A stretch of DNA of 64,000 nt from Leptolinea sp. UBA4782 (GCA_002403095.1 DHHC01000021.1:1732-65731), one strand, 5' to 3'. Positions 26,026 to 35,430 are shown, counted from the stretch's first letter. Program-made: numbers and translations. Notes: generated by a model not told the origin, from the sequence alone.

Positions 26026-27933
26026 TTACATTACTTCCACAACCCAGTCCAGCTTCAGTTCAGCCAGTTTTTCGGGGGTAGGGTTGCCGGTCTGGATATC
26101 CCAGCCCATCAGGCGGTAGTATTCATCCTTCATCCCTTCGAACTCTTCGCGGGTGTAATGGATACCCTTGGAAGGCCCGGTGCCCTGCAGCGGGCGAAAG
26201 AATTTGGGTGCCAGGTCATCATCCTTGCGGGTGAAGCCCTCGCGCATATTGAACGCCCGCAGCAAATTGATACGCCGCTCGCCGTACTCAAAGACATCTT
26301 CCATGCTCAGGTCCCACCCGGTAACCGCACGCAGCATCTCAACCAGTTCAGCCGGGAAGTAGAGCACCCAGCCGACACCCCAAACGAAGGAGCATAGTCC
26401 CATCATATCCACACAGGAGAGCACTTTCTGGGTCACTGCCACGAGTTTGGAACGCTCTTTATCAATAACACCCGGTTTGATGAAGTTGGTCATGCCGATC
26501 TGGCTCATGCGCAGGCGGGCATCTTCACCGGCTGTCTCTTCAATGCTGCCGTCATGCTCAGTCTGGGTGTGGTCAGCGCCGAAGGGGTTGACAGCATAGA
26601 TCAAACCCATCGACCGTTTCACCTGCGGCATGTGTGCCGGGGCTTCCTGCCCTTTGGCGGTTGCCAGGTTATCCTCAGTGCCCCTACCGATGATCTTAGA
26701 TGCCTTGGCCGACCCTTCAGCCAGGATGTTTCCGAAACCTTCGCGTTTAGCGATCAGTTCGACCATCTTTAGCATGGCATCGGCATTGCCGAAATGCAGG
26801 TCAATCCCGCCGGTATCTTCCAGGGTGAGCTGTCCTTTTTCAAAAGACTCCATCGCCCAGGCAATGGTGGCGCCGCAGGTGATGGTGTCCAGCCCGTTCT
26901 GGTTGCACATCTGGTTGGCCAGGGCGATTGCGCTCAGGTCGGATATGGCACAATAGGAGCCAAAGGTGCCGATGGTCTCATACTCGGGGCCGCCAAAGCG
27001 CCCTTCCACCTTGATGCCCTTGTACTCGGTTTCGACAACCCTCTTGCAGCGGATGGTGCAGGAGAAGCAGGTATCGCGCTTGACCAGGATGGTATTGGTC
27101 ATCACATCTCCGCCGATGGTCTCGTGGCCTTCAAACTGGCCCTCGTTGTAATTGCGGGTGGGAAGCCCGCCGGTAAAGTTCTGCCAGCCCACACCGCCGG
27201 CGGTTCCATCGACATGCAGGCCGTGGCTCGAGGGGGTATCTGGGATGCGCTTGGTGCCGCGCAGGAAGAGTTCGGTCAACGCCTTGGGGTCTGCAGCTTT
27301 CTTCCTCAATGCGCCCTGGACAACAATAGCCTTGAGGTTCTTGGAACCCATGACAGCACCCATGCCGGTACGCCCGTTGGCGCGGTTCATCATACTGATG
27401 ATGGCAGCAAACCTGACCTTGTTCTCGCCGGCAGGTCCAATTTGCAGGATCTGCACATTGGTGTCTTTAAGCTCCTGTTTGATCAGCTCTTCAGATTCAT
27501 GGGTTTGCTTGCCCCAGAGGTGGGCAGCATCACGGATCTCAACCTCGCCTTCGTTGATCCACAGGTATACCGGGCTGGCGGCTTTCCCCCGCACCACGAT
27601 CCCGTCAAAACCGGCATGTTTCAGCCTGGCAGGGAAGAACCCGCCACTCTGGCTGTCGCCGATTGCGCCGGTGAGGGGCGACTTCGCGTTCACACTGATC
27701 CTGGATTGCCCGGAGATGAGCAGCCCGGTGGGCATACCAGTAAAGAAAGTCATTACATTGGCAGGATCGAAGGCGTCAATACCCTTGGGGGTCTCTTTGA
27801 GGATGTAAGTTAACCCCATCGCGCTTCCGCCGCCATAGGTGCGATAAAAGGATTCCGGGGGTTCTTCTACCCACGTAGTCCGTTTGGTGAGGTCAACGTG
27901 CAAAATCTTTCCATTGATGCATTCAAGTGCCAT
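26026..27933 (-). CDS. Aldehyde:ferredoxin oxidoreductase family (tungsto/molybdopterin enzyme)
   Basis: Start at ATG 27933 (MALECINGKILHVDL...) behind GGAGAAAG. AOR N-terminal domain pattern and the CFSCTIRCKR 4Fe-4S motif. ~635 aa. Confidence 0.85.
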   Translation of the reverse strand: MALECINGKILHVDLTKRTTWVEEPPESFYRTYGGGSAMGLTYILKETPKGIDAFDPANVMTFFTGMPTGLLISGQSRISVNAKSPLTGAIGDSQSGGFFPARLKHAGFDGIVVRGKAASPVYLWINEGEVEIRDAAHLWGKQTHESEELIKQELKDTNVQILQIGPAGENKVRFAAIISMMNRANGRTGMGAVMGSKNLKAIVVQGALRKKAADPKALTELFLRGTKRIPDTPSSHGLHVDGTAGGVGWQNFTGGLPTRNYNEGQFEGHETIGGDVMTNTILVKRDTCFSCTIRCKRVVETEYKGIKVEGRFGGPEYETIGTFGSYCAISDLSAIALANQMCNQNGLDTITCGATIAWAMESFEKGQLTLEDTGGIDLHFGNADAMLKMVELIAKREGFGNILAEGSAKASKIIGRGTEDNLATAKGQEAPAHMPQVKRSMGLIYAVNPFGADHTQTEHDGSIEETAGEDARLRMSQIGMTNFIKPGVIDKERSKLVAVTQKVLSCVDMMGLCSFVWGVGWVLYFPAELVEMLRAVTGWDLSMEDVFEYGERRINLLRAFNMREGFTRKDDDLAPKFFRPLQGTGPSKGIHYTREEFEGMKDEYYRLMGWDIQTGNPTPEKLAELKLDWVVEVM

Positions 27934-28005
27934 AGCGCTTTCTCCAATCTTAATCTGTTGTGTTAAAAGTGTCCTTTGCCAGGCCCCGGAGGGCAAACCT
28001 GCACC

Positions 28006-28239
28006 CTACCCGCCGCCGACCGGGCGGAAAACCTGGACGGTATCATCGGGCTTCAAATTCATCTGGCGCCCGGTAACGATCTCATCATTAATGGAAACCG
28101 CTACTTCCCCCTGGATGCCAAGCTGGTCGAGCAAGTCTTGCAGTATTGCCTGATCATGGATCTCAAGCGCGCCCTTCCCGTTCTTTTCAGGCGGCAGCAA
28201 TAAGCGTAATGAGGAATAGAGGACAACATTAACTATCAT
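28006..28239 (-). CDS. MoaD/ThiS-family ubiquitin-like sulfur-carrier protein
   Basis: 77 aa ending in ...FRPVGGG (C-terminal Gly-Gly). AAGGGA RBS. Lies 72 nt upstream of the AOR gene. Confidence 0.75.
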   Translation of the reverse strand: MIVNVVLYSSLRLLLPPEKNGKGALEIHDQAILQDLLDQLGIQGEVAVSINDEIVTGRQMNLKPDDTVQVFRPVGGG

Positions 28240-28396
28240 AATTTCCCTTGTACCAAGCAGGCTAAACCATTTTACGGGAAAACGCCGCTTAATAACAGGG
28301 CATTCGGGTATTTCATCATGGAATGCTTAATTTGACTGCAGGCTCCCAAAAATATATCCTGCCGGCATAATCCAAACAATTCACAGCCGCCAGCAC

Positions 28397-28795
28397 TTAA
28401 GACTGGCTGGATGAGGTTTTTTCCAGTTTTTCCCGCAGGGAGAGTGGGAAAACGATATTCCAGTCATAGCGCGGACTACGGGATGGTTGTTTCATCGACG
28501 CGATATCGATATCCCCGGCTTCATAATCTGCCATAAACCGGATCAATGCCAGCGAGACAAACTGGCTGGCAGGGATATGCTCCTGCTCACTCAAATTCTT
28601 CAGGTACTTGCGCAATTCTGGCAGGATGTCATATGTTGCCCGGTTCTCTTTGCGGGCCTGGATTTTCATCCGTTCCCTTTGCTGCCGTTTTTGCTTTTTC
28701 TCTTCGCTGGGCGGCTCATTTGCACCCTGAATGGACGCATTTACCAGCCCAAAAATGGAATTATCCGCATTAGCATCTGAAGTGTTCATGCGCAT
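28397..28795 (-). CDS. Hypothetical protein, possible ribbon-helix-helix DNA-binding fold
   Basis: 132 aa. A basic K/R/Q/E stretch is followed by ATYDILPELRKYLKNLSEQEHIPASQFVSLALIRF (strand-helix-helix pattern). No family recognised. Confidence 0.45.
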   Translation of the reverse strand: MRMNTSDANADNSIFGLVNASIQGANEPPSEEKKQKRQQRERMKIQARKENRATYDILPELRKYLKNLSEQEHIPASQFVSLALIRFMADYEAGDIDIASMKQPSRSPRYDWNIVFPLSLREKLEKTSSSQS

Positions 28796-28883
28796 AAGGA
28801 TAACACAAATTTCAAGGGACGCCCCTTCTTATACAGGGAAGTAAATGCGTTGCTGGACACTACTGGAACCCGGGTTATTCGGG

Positions 28884-29813
28884 TCAATACTCGCTGGCAG
28901 ATCCCTCTTCGCGCAGCTTGAGATAGGATTCATAGCGCTGCGGGTGAATCTTGCCCTTCTCTACAGCCGCCCTGACGGCACAACCCGGCTCGGTACGGTG
29001 GGTGCAGTCATTGAACTGGCAGTGTTCCACCAGCCCCCTCAGTTCAGGGAAATACCCGTCCAGTTCCTCCGGGGAGGTATCCCACAACGCCAGCGAGCGC
29101 AGCCCTGGCATATCTGCCACATAACCGCCGTTGAGTAGGGGGAACATCTGCCTTACCACGGTGGTGTGCCTGCCCTTGTTGTGCCAGCTGCTGACCTCGC
29201 GGACGGTTAATCCCAATTCGGGCTGGATAGCATTCAGCAGGGAAGTTTTCCCCACGCCAGAAGGTCCGGTAAAGGCGCTTAATTTATCCTCCAGCAGGGC
29301 ATGCAACTGGCCGATGCCTGTGCCGGATTTTGTCGAGGTAAAAATAATGGGGTATCCCAGGGGTTTATACAGCGCAAACATTTCGTGCGCCTGGTCTTCC
29401 CCCACCAGGTCAATTTTGTTTGCCACGATCACTGCCGGTAGCGACTGTTTTTCGCATACCACCAGGAAGCGGTCCAGCATGCGTAAATGCGGTTCAGGGC
29501 GGGCGCAGGCAAACACCAGCACAACCTGGTCGGCATTGGCGAGCATCACCTGGGGCTGCATGCCGCCCGGGGTTGGGGCCAACCTCACCAGGGCAGACCG
29601 GCGCGGAAGCATCTCTTCGATTGATCCGGTTCCGTCATCCTGCAGGGAAATTTTTACCAGGTCGCCAATGGCAATGAATTCCTGGCCGCTCAAGCCGCGT
29701 TTGATCCGCTTGCGCATCTGGCAGGTGACCTCACCCCGCCCGGTTTGTACCGTATAAAATCCAGACTGCAGCCGCAGCACCTGTCCCTCGAGCAGACCAA
29801 CTGTTTCAGGCAA
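28884..29813 (-). CDS. rsgA: Ribosome small-subunit-dependent GTPase A
   Basis: MPE...LQSGFYTV N-terminus resembles B. subtilis YloQ. NKIDL, GPSGVGKTSLLN and the CxFxDCxHxxEPGCAV zinc knuckle are present. TTG start. Confidence 0.9.
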   Translation of the reverse strand: MPETVGLLEGQVLRLQSGFYTVQTGRGEVTCQMRKRIKRGLSGQEFIAIGDLVKISLQDDGTGSIEEMLPRRSALVRLAPTPGGMQPQVMLANADQVVLVFACARPEPHLRMLDRFLVVCEKQSLPAVIVANKIDLVGEDQAHEMFALYKPLGYPIIFTSTKSGTGIGQLHALLEDKLSAFTGPSGVGKTSLLNAIQPELGLTVREVSSWHNKGRHTTVVRQMFPLLNGGYVADMPGLRSLALWDTSPEELDGYFPELRGLVEHCQFNDCTHRTEPGCAVRAAVEKGKIHPQRYESYLKLREEGSASEY

Positions 29814-29876
29814 GGAGCAAAAACCCTTTCATAAACAGGAAATCTGCACGGCGGAACAAAAACGGTGCGGGTATCA

Positions 29877-32093
29877 TCATGGGGTGGGTGTCACCTCGGG
29901 CGTTTCGGTTGGTTCAGGTGTATCGGTGTACAGCGGTGTGGGGGTCTTGGTGGAATAGTAAGTCGATTCCCAGGGGTAGAGGGTGGTCGGCGCACCGCGG
30001 TAGTAAAGTTCCAGCACCCTGCGGAAGATCGGGACAGCAAACTCTGAACCCTCGCCCACGTTCTCAACCAGCACCACAACGGCGATATCAGGCCTGTCTG
30101 TGCGGTTGTCATCGGTATAGCCGGCAAACCAGGCATGCGGTTTACCCATCGGGTTGGTGGCAGTGCCGGTTTTGCCGTAAATGGTATAGCCGGTAGTCAC
30201 CAGGCGGTGGGCTGTGCCGCGTTCATGTTCCACCACGCTGCGCATGGCATCCTGGATGATCTCCAGGTTTTCCGTGCTGATGGGCAGCTTTCCGCGTGTC
30301 ACCGGGCTGAACTCTTTGGTTACCGTCCCGTCAATGGCGACCACTTTATCCACCACCTGGGGCTGCAGCAGGGTTCCGCCATTGCCGATAGCTGCAATGA
30401 AATCCGCCACCTGCAGGGGTGTTACCAGCATGGCGCCCTGCCCGATCCCCTGCTGGACAGCATCACCTTCGTTTTGCGGGTAAGGAATGCTGCCGATATC
30501 TTCCGCTACCTGCCCGATACCGGTCGCGGAACCTAATCCGAATCCTTTCGCCATTTCCGTCACTGCATCCGGCTCATTCTGGCGGAAGAGCTCCAGCCCG
30601 ATATGGTAAAACCACGGGTTGCAGGAGCGCATCAAGCCTTCCGGCAGGGTCAGGTCGCCGCTGGGAGCAACACCCCTTTCATAGGTCCAATCGTAAAAAA
30701 CCTGCCCGGGCAATTCAGTGAATTCGTGTCCGCAATAGTAACTGGAATATTGGTTAAATATCCCGGTCTCAAGGGCAGCGGCCATGGTGACGATCTTGAA
30801 TACCGAGCCAAGCGGGTACCCGCCTTGGGTAGCCCGGTTGAGCAATGGCTGCTCTTCAGAGGCAAATAGGTCCTGCAGCAGGTAACTGCTGTTGGCATTG
30901 GAGGTTTCAAAGGAATTGGGGTCAAAGGCGGGGGAGGAAGCTATGGCAACCACTTTGCCGGTATCGACTTCCAGAACCACAATGGCGCCCCTGAACCCGG
31001 CAATGGCTTGCTGCACGCCGCGCTGGAATTCGCTGTCGATGGTCGTATAAATAGTTTGCGCGGCGACCGAATCGCGTTTCCCGAGGCGGGTTACAATCTG
31101 GCCTTGCGGATCCACCACCAGCAAGCTGGCCCCACGCGTGCCGGCCAGGTATTCTTCACCCCATTTTTCAATACCAGCCGCACCAACCTTCTCATCGCCG
31201 CGGTAACCCAGTCGGCGGTATTCGTCCACCTCTTCTGCAAAAATTGACTGGACATACCCGATTGTATGGGGGGCAACCCCGCCGTAATTGTAAAACCGGG
31301 CGCTGTACTTGGTCATCCACAAGCCGGTAAACTTCGAAAGGACATTGAAACGCGCCTCCACTTCGCTGGCAGAAGCTTCCCCAACCGGGACATACCAATT
31401 TGCATCGCGGATGTCATCGTACAGGTTTTGGATGGCAGCGATGGGTTTATCGATCAGGTTTGAAAGCTCTGCGAGCAGCGAGCCTTCTGCGTCCCCAATT
31501 TCAGCCGGGACAACTCCCAGCGCTACCGCATCCTGCTGGGCAGCCAGCGGCTCACCGTTCCGGTCAAAGATGATCCCGCGCGAAGGGACGGTAATATCCA
31601 TCATCAGGTAATTGCCGCCCTTAAGCTCCGGCATGATCATGCCATCATCCCACAGGATCTTCCAGGTACCGTCCCCCATTTCCAGGTTCATGACCATATC
31701 CCGCTCCAGCGTTCCCACCATGCTGGTGTTGTATGTGACACCATATGAAACCTGGGCATTGCCGGGGTTGGTGAGGGTGGAATTGATCTTGTATGCAAGC
31801 GAAACCAGGCTGAGGTTGATCGCGGTGTTGTTATACCTTTTTGTGAAATCTTCCTGGCTGATGGCATCCTGGCTGACGCGCGCAAGCATGGCGTACATGG
31901 CCGGATAATCTTCAGCGGCCCAGGCATCCAGAAAAGCCCCGGCTGCCGCGGCGGCATCCGGCGCGCTGGTGACATTCACCACCGGCGTGGGAAGGGAGAT
32001 TGTAGGCGTACCTGTTACCTCGCCTGCGGGTGGATTAACCGAGCAGGCGGTGATCACAATCAAAACCAGTATCGACCAGATGCGTTTTTTCAT
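29877..32093 (-). CDS. Class B penicillin-binding protein (PBP2-type transpeptidase) with lipoprotein signal and Thr/Pro tail
   Basis: 738 aa. LIVITAC lipobox. SVFK (SxxK), SCN (SxN) and KTGTA (KTG) motifs. ATGA overlap with the maf stop. Confidence 0.85.
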   Translation of the reverse strand: MKKRIWSILVLIVITACSVNPPAGEVTGTPTISLPTPVVNVTSAPDAAAAAGAFLDAWAAEDYPAMYAMLARVSQDAISQEDFTKRYNNTAINLSLVSLAYKINSTLTNPGNAQVSYGVTYNTSMVGTLERDMVMNLEMGDGTWKILWDDGMIMPELKGGNYLMMDITVPSRGIIFDRNGEPLAAQQDAVALGVVPAEIGDAEGSLLAELSNLIDKPIAAIQNLYDDIRDANWYVPVGEASASEVEARFNVLSKFTGLWMTKYSARFYNYGGVAPHTIGYVQSIFAEEVDEYRRLGYRGDEKVGAAGIEKWGEEYLAGTRGASLLVVDPQGQIVTRLGKRDSVAAQTIYTTIDSEFQRGVQQAIAGFRGAIVVLEVDTGKVVAIASSPAFDPNSFETSNANSSYLLQDLFASEEQPLLNRATQGGYPLGSVFKIVTMAAALETGIFNQYSSYYCGHEFTELPGQVFYDWTYERGVAPSGDLTLPEGLMRSCNPWFYHIGLELFRQNEPDAVTEMAKGFGLGSATGIGQVAEDIGSIPYPQNEGDAVQQGIGQGAMLVTPLQVADFIAAIGNGGTLLQPQVVDKVVAIDGTVTKEFSPVTRGKLPISTENLEIIQDAMRSVVEHERGTAHRLVTTGYTIYGKTGTATNPMGKPHAWFAGYTDDNRTDRPDIAVVVLVENVGEGSEFAVPIFRRVLELYYRGAPTTLYPWESTYYSTKTPTPLYTDTPEPTETPEVTPTP

Positions 32094-32791
32094 TCTTTGT
32101 TACCTGTTATGCTCTCTGCTTGCTTGTATCTGCCCTGCCAGCCAAGTACCTGTGCATACACCGGGCAGGCATAATTCAGGTTCTGCTGGCAGATCCCGGA
32201 AACATCCTGCTGGAAGGGCATACCTGCACTCTTCAAGGACCGTGCCAGGTGGCATAAAGGCATCCCCATGATGCAGGCAAAACAACCATTGAGCGAATCA
32301 ACCGGTTTGAAACCGGCATGCTGAATAGCGTAAGCGCCGGCTTTATCCAGCGGGTCTCCGCTGGCGATGTACGCTTCCATTTCAATGTCGGAATACTTGC
32401 GCATGGCAACATCTTCGCAACACAGGTCCTGGACCGGCTGGCCTTTTCCCACAGGAATGACGGCAAGCGCGGTATAGACCTGGTGCACCCTGCCGCGCAA
32501 CTGTACCAGCATGCTGCGCGCTTCAGCCTGGTCCTGCGGTTTGCCCAGCAGGGTGGGTCCGTCGGCCACGATGGTGTCTGCCGCCACAACCCATTCAGCG
32601 GGCTGGGCGAACTTGCGGGCAGAAACGGCTTTCTCGTATGCCAGCCGGCAGACATAACGCGAGGGGTGTTCCCCTGGGAGGGGGGATTCATCCACATCCT
32701 GTGCCTGCACCCGGAATGTCCATCCCAGCCAGGAAAACATTTCTTTCCTGCGGGGCGAATTGGATGCAAGCAATAATGGTGCATTTAACAT
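32090..32791 (-). CDS. maf: Maf-family nucleoside triphosphate pyrophosphatase with Cys-rich C-terminal extension
   Basis: LLASNSPRRKE, DTIV and GAYAIQ motifs. About 45 extra C-terminal residues contain 6 Cys. Confidence 0.85.
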   Translation of the reverse strand: MLNAPLLLASNSPRRKEMFSWLGWTFRVQAQDVDESPLPGEHPSRYVCRLAYEKAVSARKFAQPAEWVVAADTIVADGPTLLGKPQDQAEARSMLVQLRGRVHQVYTALAVIPVGKGQPVQDLCCEDVAMRKYSDIEMEAYIASGDPLDKAGAYAIQHAGFKPVDSLNGCFACIMGMPLCHLARSLKSAGMPFQQDVSGICQQNLNYACPVYAQVLGWQGRYKQAESITGNKE

Positions 32792-32856
32792 GATGGTATG
32801 GATTCTAACACAACCGGAATTCGATTTTGGAATGGATGGGAATTGGGTGCAGCAGG

Positions 32857-33621
32857 CTATTTGGAGCCGGTAGGTGTTGGCAGGGGTACGTTTTCCAGAG
32901 GGGCAGCCACAATGATCAGGCGGTGGGTATTGGAGGTTTCGGGCCAGCAGGTTACCACGGTCAGGCGCTCATCCGTTGATGGCATCAGCCACTGGGCGTT
33001 TTCCAGGCGTTTCTCCACGGGCATATCGCGCTCTTCCACCAGGAGCTTGTTGACCACCTCATAACGGTACAGACGCTCTTCCCCGTACACTTCTATCTCA
33101 TCTCCCGGGACAAGGTAGATCAATTTTTCAAAGACCTTGCCATATACGTTGTGGTGGCCGATGAGGACGGTGTTCCCGGGTACGCCCAGCCCTGCCGATG
33201 TTGTCTGCCAGCCGGCCGCTTTTTCATCCGGCGCCGCCCATTGCTGGAACACCTTGCCATCCAGTTCCACCAGCTGCACCAGGGCAGAAATAACCGGGGT
33301 GTCGATTCCAAGCTCCTTTATTACAAAGCGCTGCGGGGTCTCGCCTACCGGTACCGGCGTGGCAGATGGAACAGGTGTTGCTTCTGGCAATCCCGGGTTA
33401 CTGGTTGCCTCAGGATTGGCTGGCAGCGTAGCAGTACTCACCTCCAGGGCATAAGGCACAAAGCCGGTGGCAATGACCTTCTCTCCCCCCGAACCGCTCT
33501 GGCGCTGCATGCGGAAGCCGTTCTGAATGGCAATCACCGTGCTGGCAATCCCCCAGCCGAGCAGGAGGAAGCCCACGCCGTACAGCATATACCCTTTAAG
33601 GAACTCTTTCAGTTTACTCAT
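32857..33621 (-). CDS. Sortase-family transpeptidase (membrane-anchored)
   Basis: N-terminal TM segment, Thr/Pro linker, catalytic-type His in LIGHHN, Cys in LTVVTCWP (TLxTC motif), and a downstream Arg (HRLIIVA). Confidence 0.8.
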   Translation of the reverse strand: MSKLKEFLKGYMLYGVGFLLLGWGIASTVIAIQNGFRMQRQSGSGGEKVIATGFVPYALEVSTATLPANPEATSNPGLPEATPVPSATPVPVGETPQRFVIKELGIDTPVISALVQLVELDGKVFQQWAAPDEKAAGWQTTSAGLGVPGNTVLIGHHNVYGKVFEKLIYLVPGDEIEVYGEERLYRYEVVNKLLVEERDMPVEKRLENAQWLMPSTDERLTVVTCWPETSNTHRLIIVAAPLENVPLPTPTGSK

Positions 33622-33680
33622 TGCGTGGATTGATTATAAAAAATGGAGTGGACAAATGCAATAGGCAATTCTGACGCGCC

Positions 33681-33712
33681 TAGACTGCTGGCTGGAAAAA
33701 GCCAGCAGTCTA
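33681..33712 (-). terminator. Strong hairpin between the substrate gene and the sortase gene (terminator/attenuator)
   Basis: Perfect 13-bp stem TAGACTGCTGGCT / AGCCAGCAGTCTA with a 6-nt loop. No clear trailing U-tract on the minus strand. Confidence 0.45.
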
Positions 33713-33742
33713 TGAGTTGAACTCTCTTCTTATAGCAGAAGA

Positions 33743-34552
33743 TTAATGATTCTTGCTGATGCGGTATGTAACTGCCTGCAACACCATGGCCATACCAAAG
33801 AACAAAATACTCAAGTTCATAGTCAGGCTGCGGGCAAATGGGATAACATTGCCTCTAATATCTACACCGGTTACTGGGATCAGGACTCCCGCCGGAGGAT
33901 TGGGATCCTGGGGCGGCTGCTGTGTTGGGTCTCCTGGTGGTACATCCGTAGGATCCTGTGGCGGATTGTCAGTTGGTACCTGGGTAGGGACATCAGTTGG
34001 TACCTGGGTAGGGACATCAGTTGGTACCTGGGTAGGTACATCGGTCGGCACCTGGGTCGGGACATCGGTTGGTACCTGGGTCGGGACATCAGTTGGTACC
34101 TGGGTCGGTACATCAGTCGGTACCTGGGTCGGGACACCAGTGGGTACCTGGGTCGGGACACCAGTGGGTACCTGGGTCGGGACACCAGTCGGTACCTGGG
34201 TCGGGACACCAGTGTTCACAACGCATGCCCCGGAGTGATCCCCTGCATGCAGGATATTACCCGATGCATCAATGTGACCGCCTTGCCCATTACTAATAAG
34301 TGCATTTATGGATGGTGATATCGTGTTGCATTGTCCATTGGGCATGCAGTGACACCAGATAATCTCGCATGTGTTATTGTAATCATTAGGGCAGGGATCC
34401 CAGGAATCATCATACCCGTCACCATCGGAATCTGCTGCCTTGACGGGGATATTAACCATCCCAAGTACCATGGCTGCCAGGAGCAGGCCCGCCCCGCACA
34501 CATACAATATTCTGGTTAGTTTACGCAACTGGGTTAAATGCTTTTCGTTCAT
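33743..34552 (-). CDS. Secreted repeat protein with IPVTG-type C-terminal sorting signal (candidate sortase substrate 1)
   Basis: 269 aa. Signal/TM segment. DSDGDGYDDSWDPCPND (TSP type-3-like Ca-binding repeat). Cys/His domain WCHCMPNG...GHIDASGNILHAGDHSGAC. 4x TGVPTQVP plus 6x TDVPTQVP. VLIPVTGVD (IPVTG = 33866..33880), a TM helix and a basic tail. Confidence 0.75.
   Translation of the reverse strand: MNEKHLTQLRKLTRILYVCGAGLLLAAMVLGMVNIPVKAADSDGDGYDDSWDPCPNDYNNTCEIIWCHCMPNGQCNTISPSINALISNGQGGHIDASGNILHAGDHSGACVVNTGVPTQVPTGVPTQVPTGVPTQVPTGVPTQVPTDVPTQVPTDVPTQVPTDVPTQVPTDVPTQVPTDVPTQVPTDVPTQVPTDNPPQDPTDVPPGDPTQQPPQDPNPPAGVLIPVTGVDIRGNVIPFARSLTMNLSILFFGMAMVLQAVTYRISKNH
33975..34214. repeat. 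Tandem repeat, 10 x 24 nt, inside 33743..34552
   Basis: Units GGTACCTGGGT(A/C)GG(G/T)ACA(T/C)C(A/G)GT(T/C/G), counted directly. There are 6 units of the ACATC type (Asp) and 4 of the ACACC type (Gly). Confidence 0.95.
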
Positions 34553-34607
34553 AGCGTCTCTCTTTCTCTACGTTCACTTGTAAGACAAATTCAGCAGTTC
34601 TTACTAT

Positions 34608-35372
34608 CTATTCAATCCTCAGCTTATATCCCAGGCGGTCCACATTGATCAGGAGATCACTATCTGGATAAATATCGGCAAATTTCTGGCGGATCAGATA
34701 AATAAGGTATTTAATTCGGCGATAGGTTTCTTCTGAATCAATGCCCCATACCTGCGTGGCGATAGCCTGGTAGGACACTACCGTCGGGGCTGCTTTAGCA
34801 AGAGTTGCCAGTACTGCAAATTCTTTGGGGGTCAGGTCAATAAACCTCTCTCGATATTTCACCTCCTGGTTTACCATATCAATTACCAGCTGCACCGCCG
34901 GGAATACCAGGCGGGTAACTTCACTTTGGCTGCCAGCCCGCCGCAGCACAGCTTTTACGCGCGCCACCACTTCGGAATTGTAAAACGGCTTGGTGATGTA
35001 GTCATCCACTCCCTCTTGCAGCCCTTTGACCACATCTTCCTTGCTGCCTAAAGCCGAGATAATAATCACCGGAACATCAGTCATGGTGCGCAGATGCTGC
35101 AGGGTCTCCCAGCCGTCCATCTCGGGCATCATCAGGTCGAGCAGGACGAGGTGGGGCCTATCCTCCACCACCTTCCGCAGCGCTTCCTTTCCGCTGCTGG
35201 CGCTCATGACGTTATATCCGCCAACCTTCAGGATATGCTTCAACAGGTAGGTGGTGTCCAGATCGTCTTCCACGATCAACAACCTCGGACGTTCGACTGC
35301 CATCTGGTCAAGGTCTACCCCCATCTCGGCTATTGGTTGGCTCAGGTTAAAGGCTGTTGTCACTGCTACCAT
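34608..35372 (-). CDS. OmpR/PhoB-type response regulator (receiver plus winged helix), no adjacent histidine kinase
   Basis: LLIVEDDLD...LVLLDLMMPEMDG receiver motifs and a C-terminal trans_reg_C pattern (LTPKEF..L..L, GYKL). Alternative starts lie at 35324 and 35303. Confidence 0.85.
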   Translation of the reverse strand: MVAVTTAFNLSQPIAEMGVDLDQMAVERPRLLIVEDDLDTTYLLKHILKVGGYNVMSASSGKEALRKVVEDRPHLVLLDLMMPEMDGWETLQHLRTMTDVPVIIISALGSKEDVVKGLQEGVDDYITKPFYNSEVVARVKAVLRRAGSQSEVTRLVFPAVQLVIDMVNQEVKYRERFIDLTPKEFAVLATLAKAAPTVVSYQAIATQVWGIDSEETYRRIKYLIYLIRQKFADIYPDSDLLINVDRLGYKLRIE

Positions 35373-35394
35373 TGTTTACCCCAGATTTACACAA

Positions 35395-35430
35395 ATTAAA
35401 ATAAAAACCGACCTTGTGTGTGGCCGGTTT
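35395..35430 (-). terminator. Intrinsic terminator/attenuator 25 nt upstream of the response-regulator start codon
   Basis: Minus strand: AAACCGGCC-ACACACAA-GGTCGGTTT (9 bp including one G.U), followed by TTATTTTAATTT. Confidence 0.65.

Noticed and set aside
25897-26397. 166-aa ORF starting MSEAKNLALKESEQDPLV
   Set aside because: The N-terminal part is translated from the interspersed repeat units, and the remainder is antisense to the 3' end of the AOR gene.
20947-27813. Long antisense ORFs 20947..21834, 23791..24645, 24706..25536, 26794..27813 and 27152..27808
   Set aside because: Each lies opposite a gene with strong family signatures (NBR1-like lipoprotein, GH5, AOR). None has an SD sequence or recognisable domains.
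33975-34214. Possible CRISPR array (regular 24-nt periodicity)
   Set aside because: The units are contiguous with no spacers, lie inside a coding frame (TxVPTQVP) and no cas genes are present.
33746-34318. ORFs 33746..34318, 33753..34238, 33880..34209 and 34069..34296 across the 24-nt tandem repeat
   Set aside because: The repeat keeps several frames open on both strands. Only the minus-strand frame 33743..34552 has a signal peptide, a conserved domain and a sorting signal.
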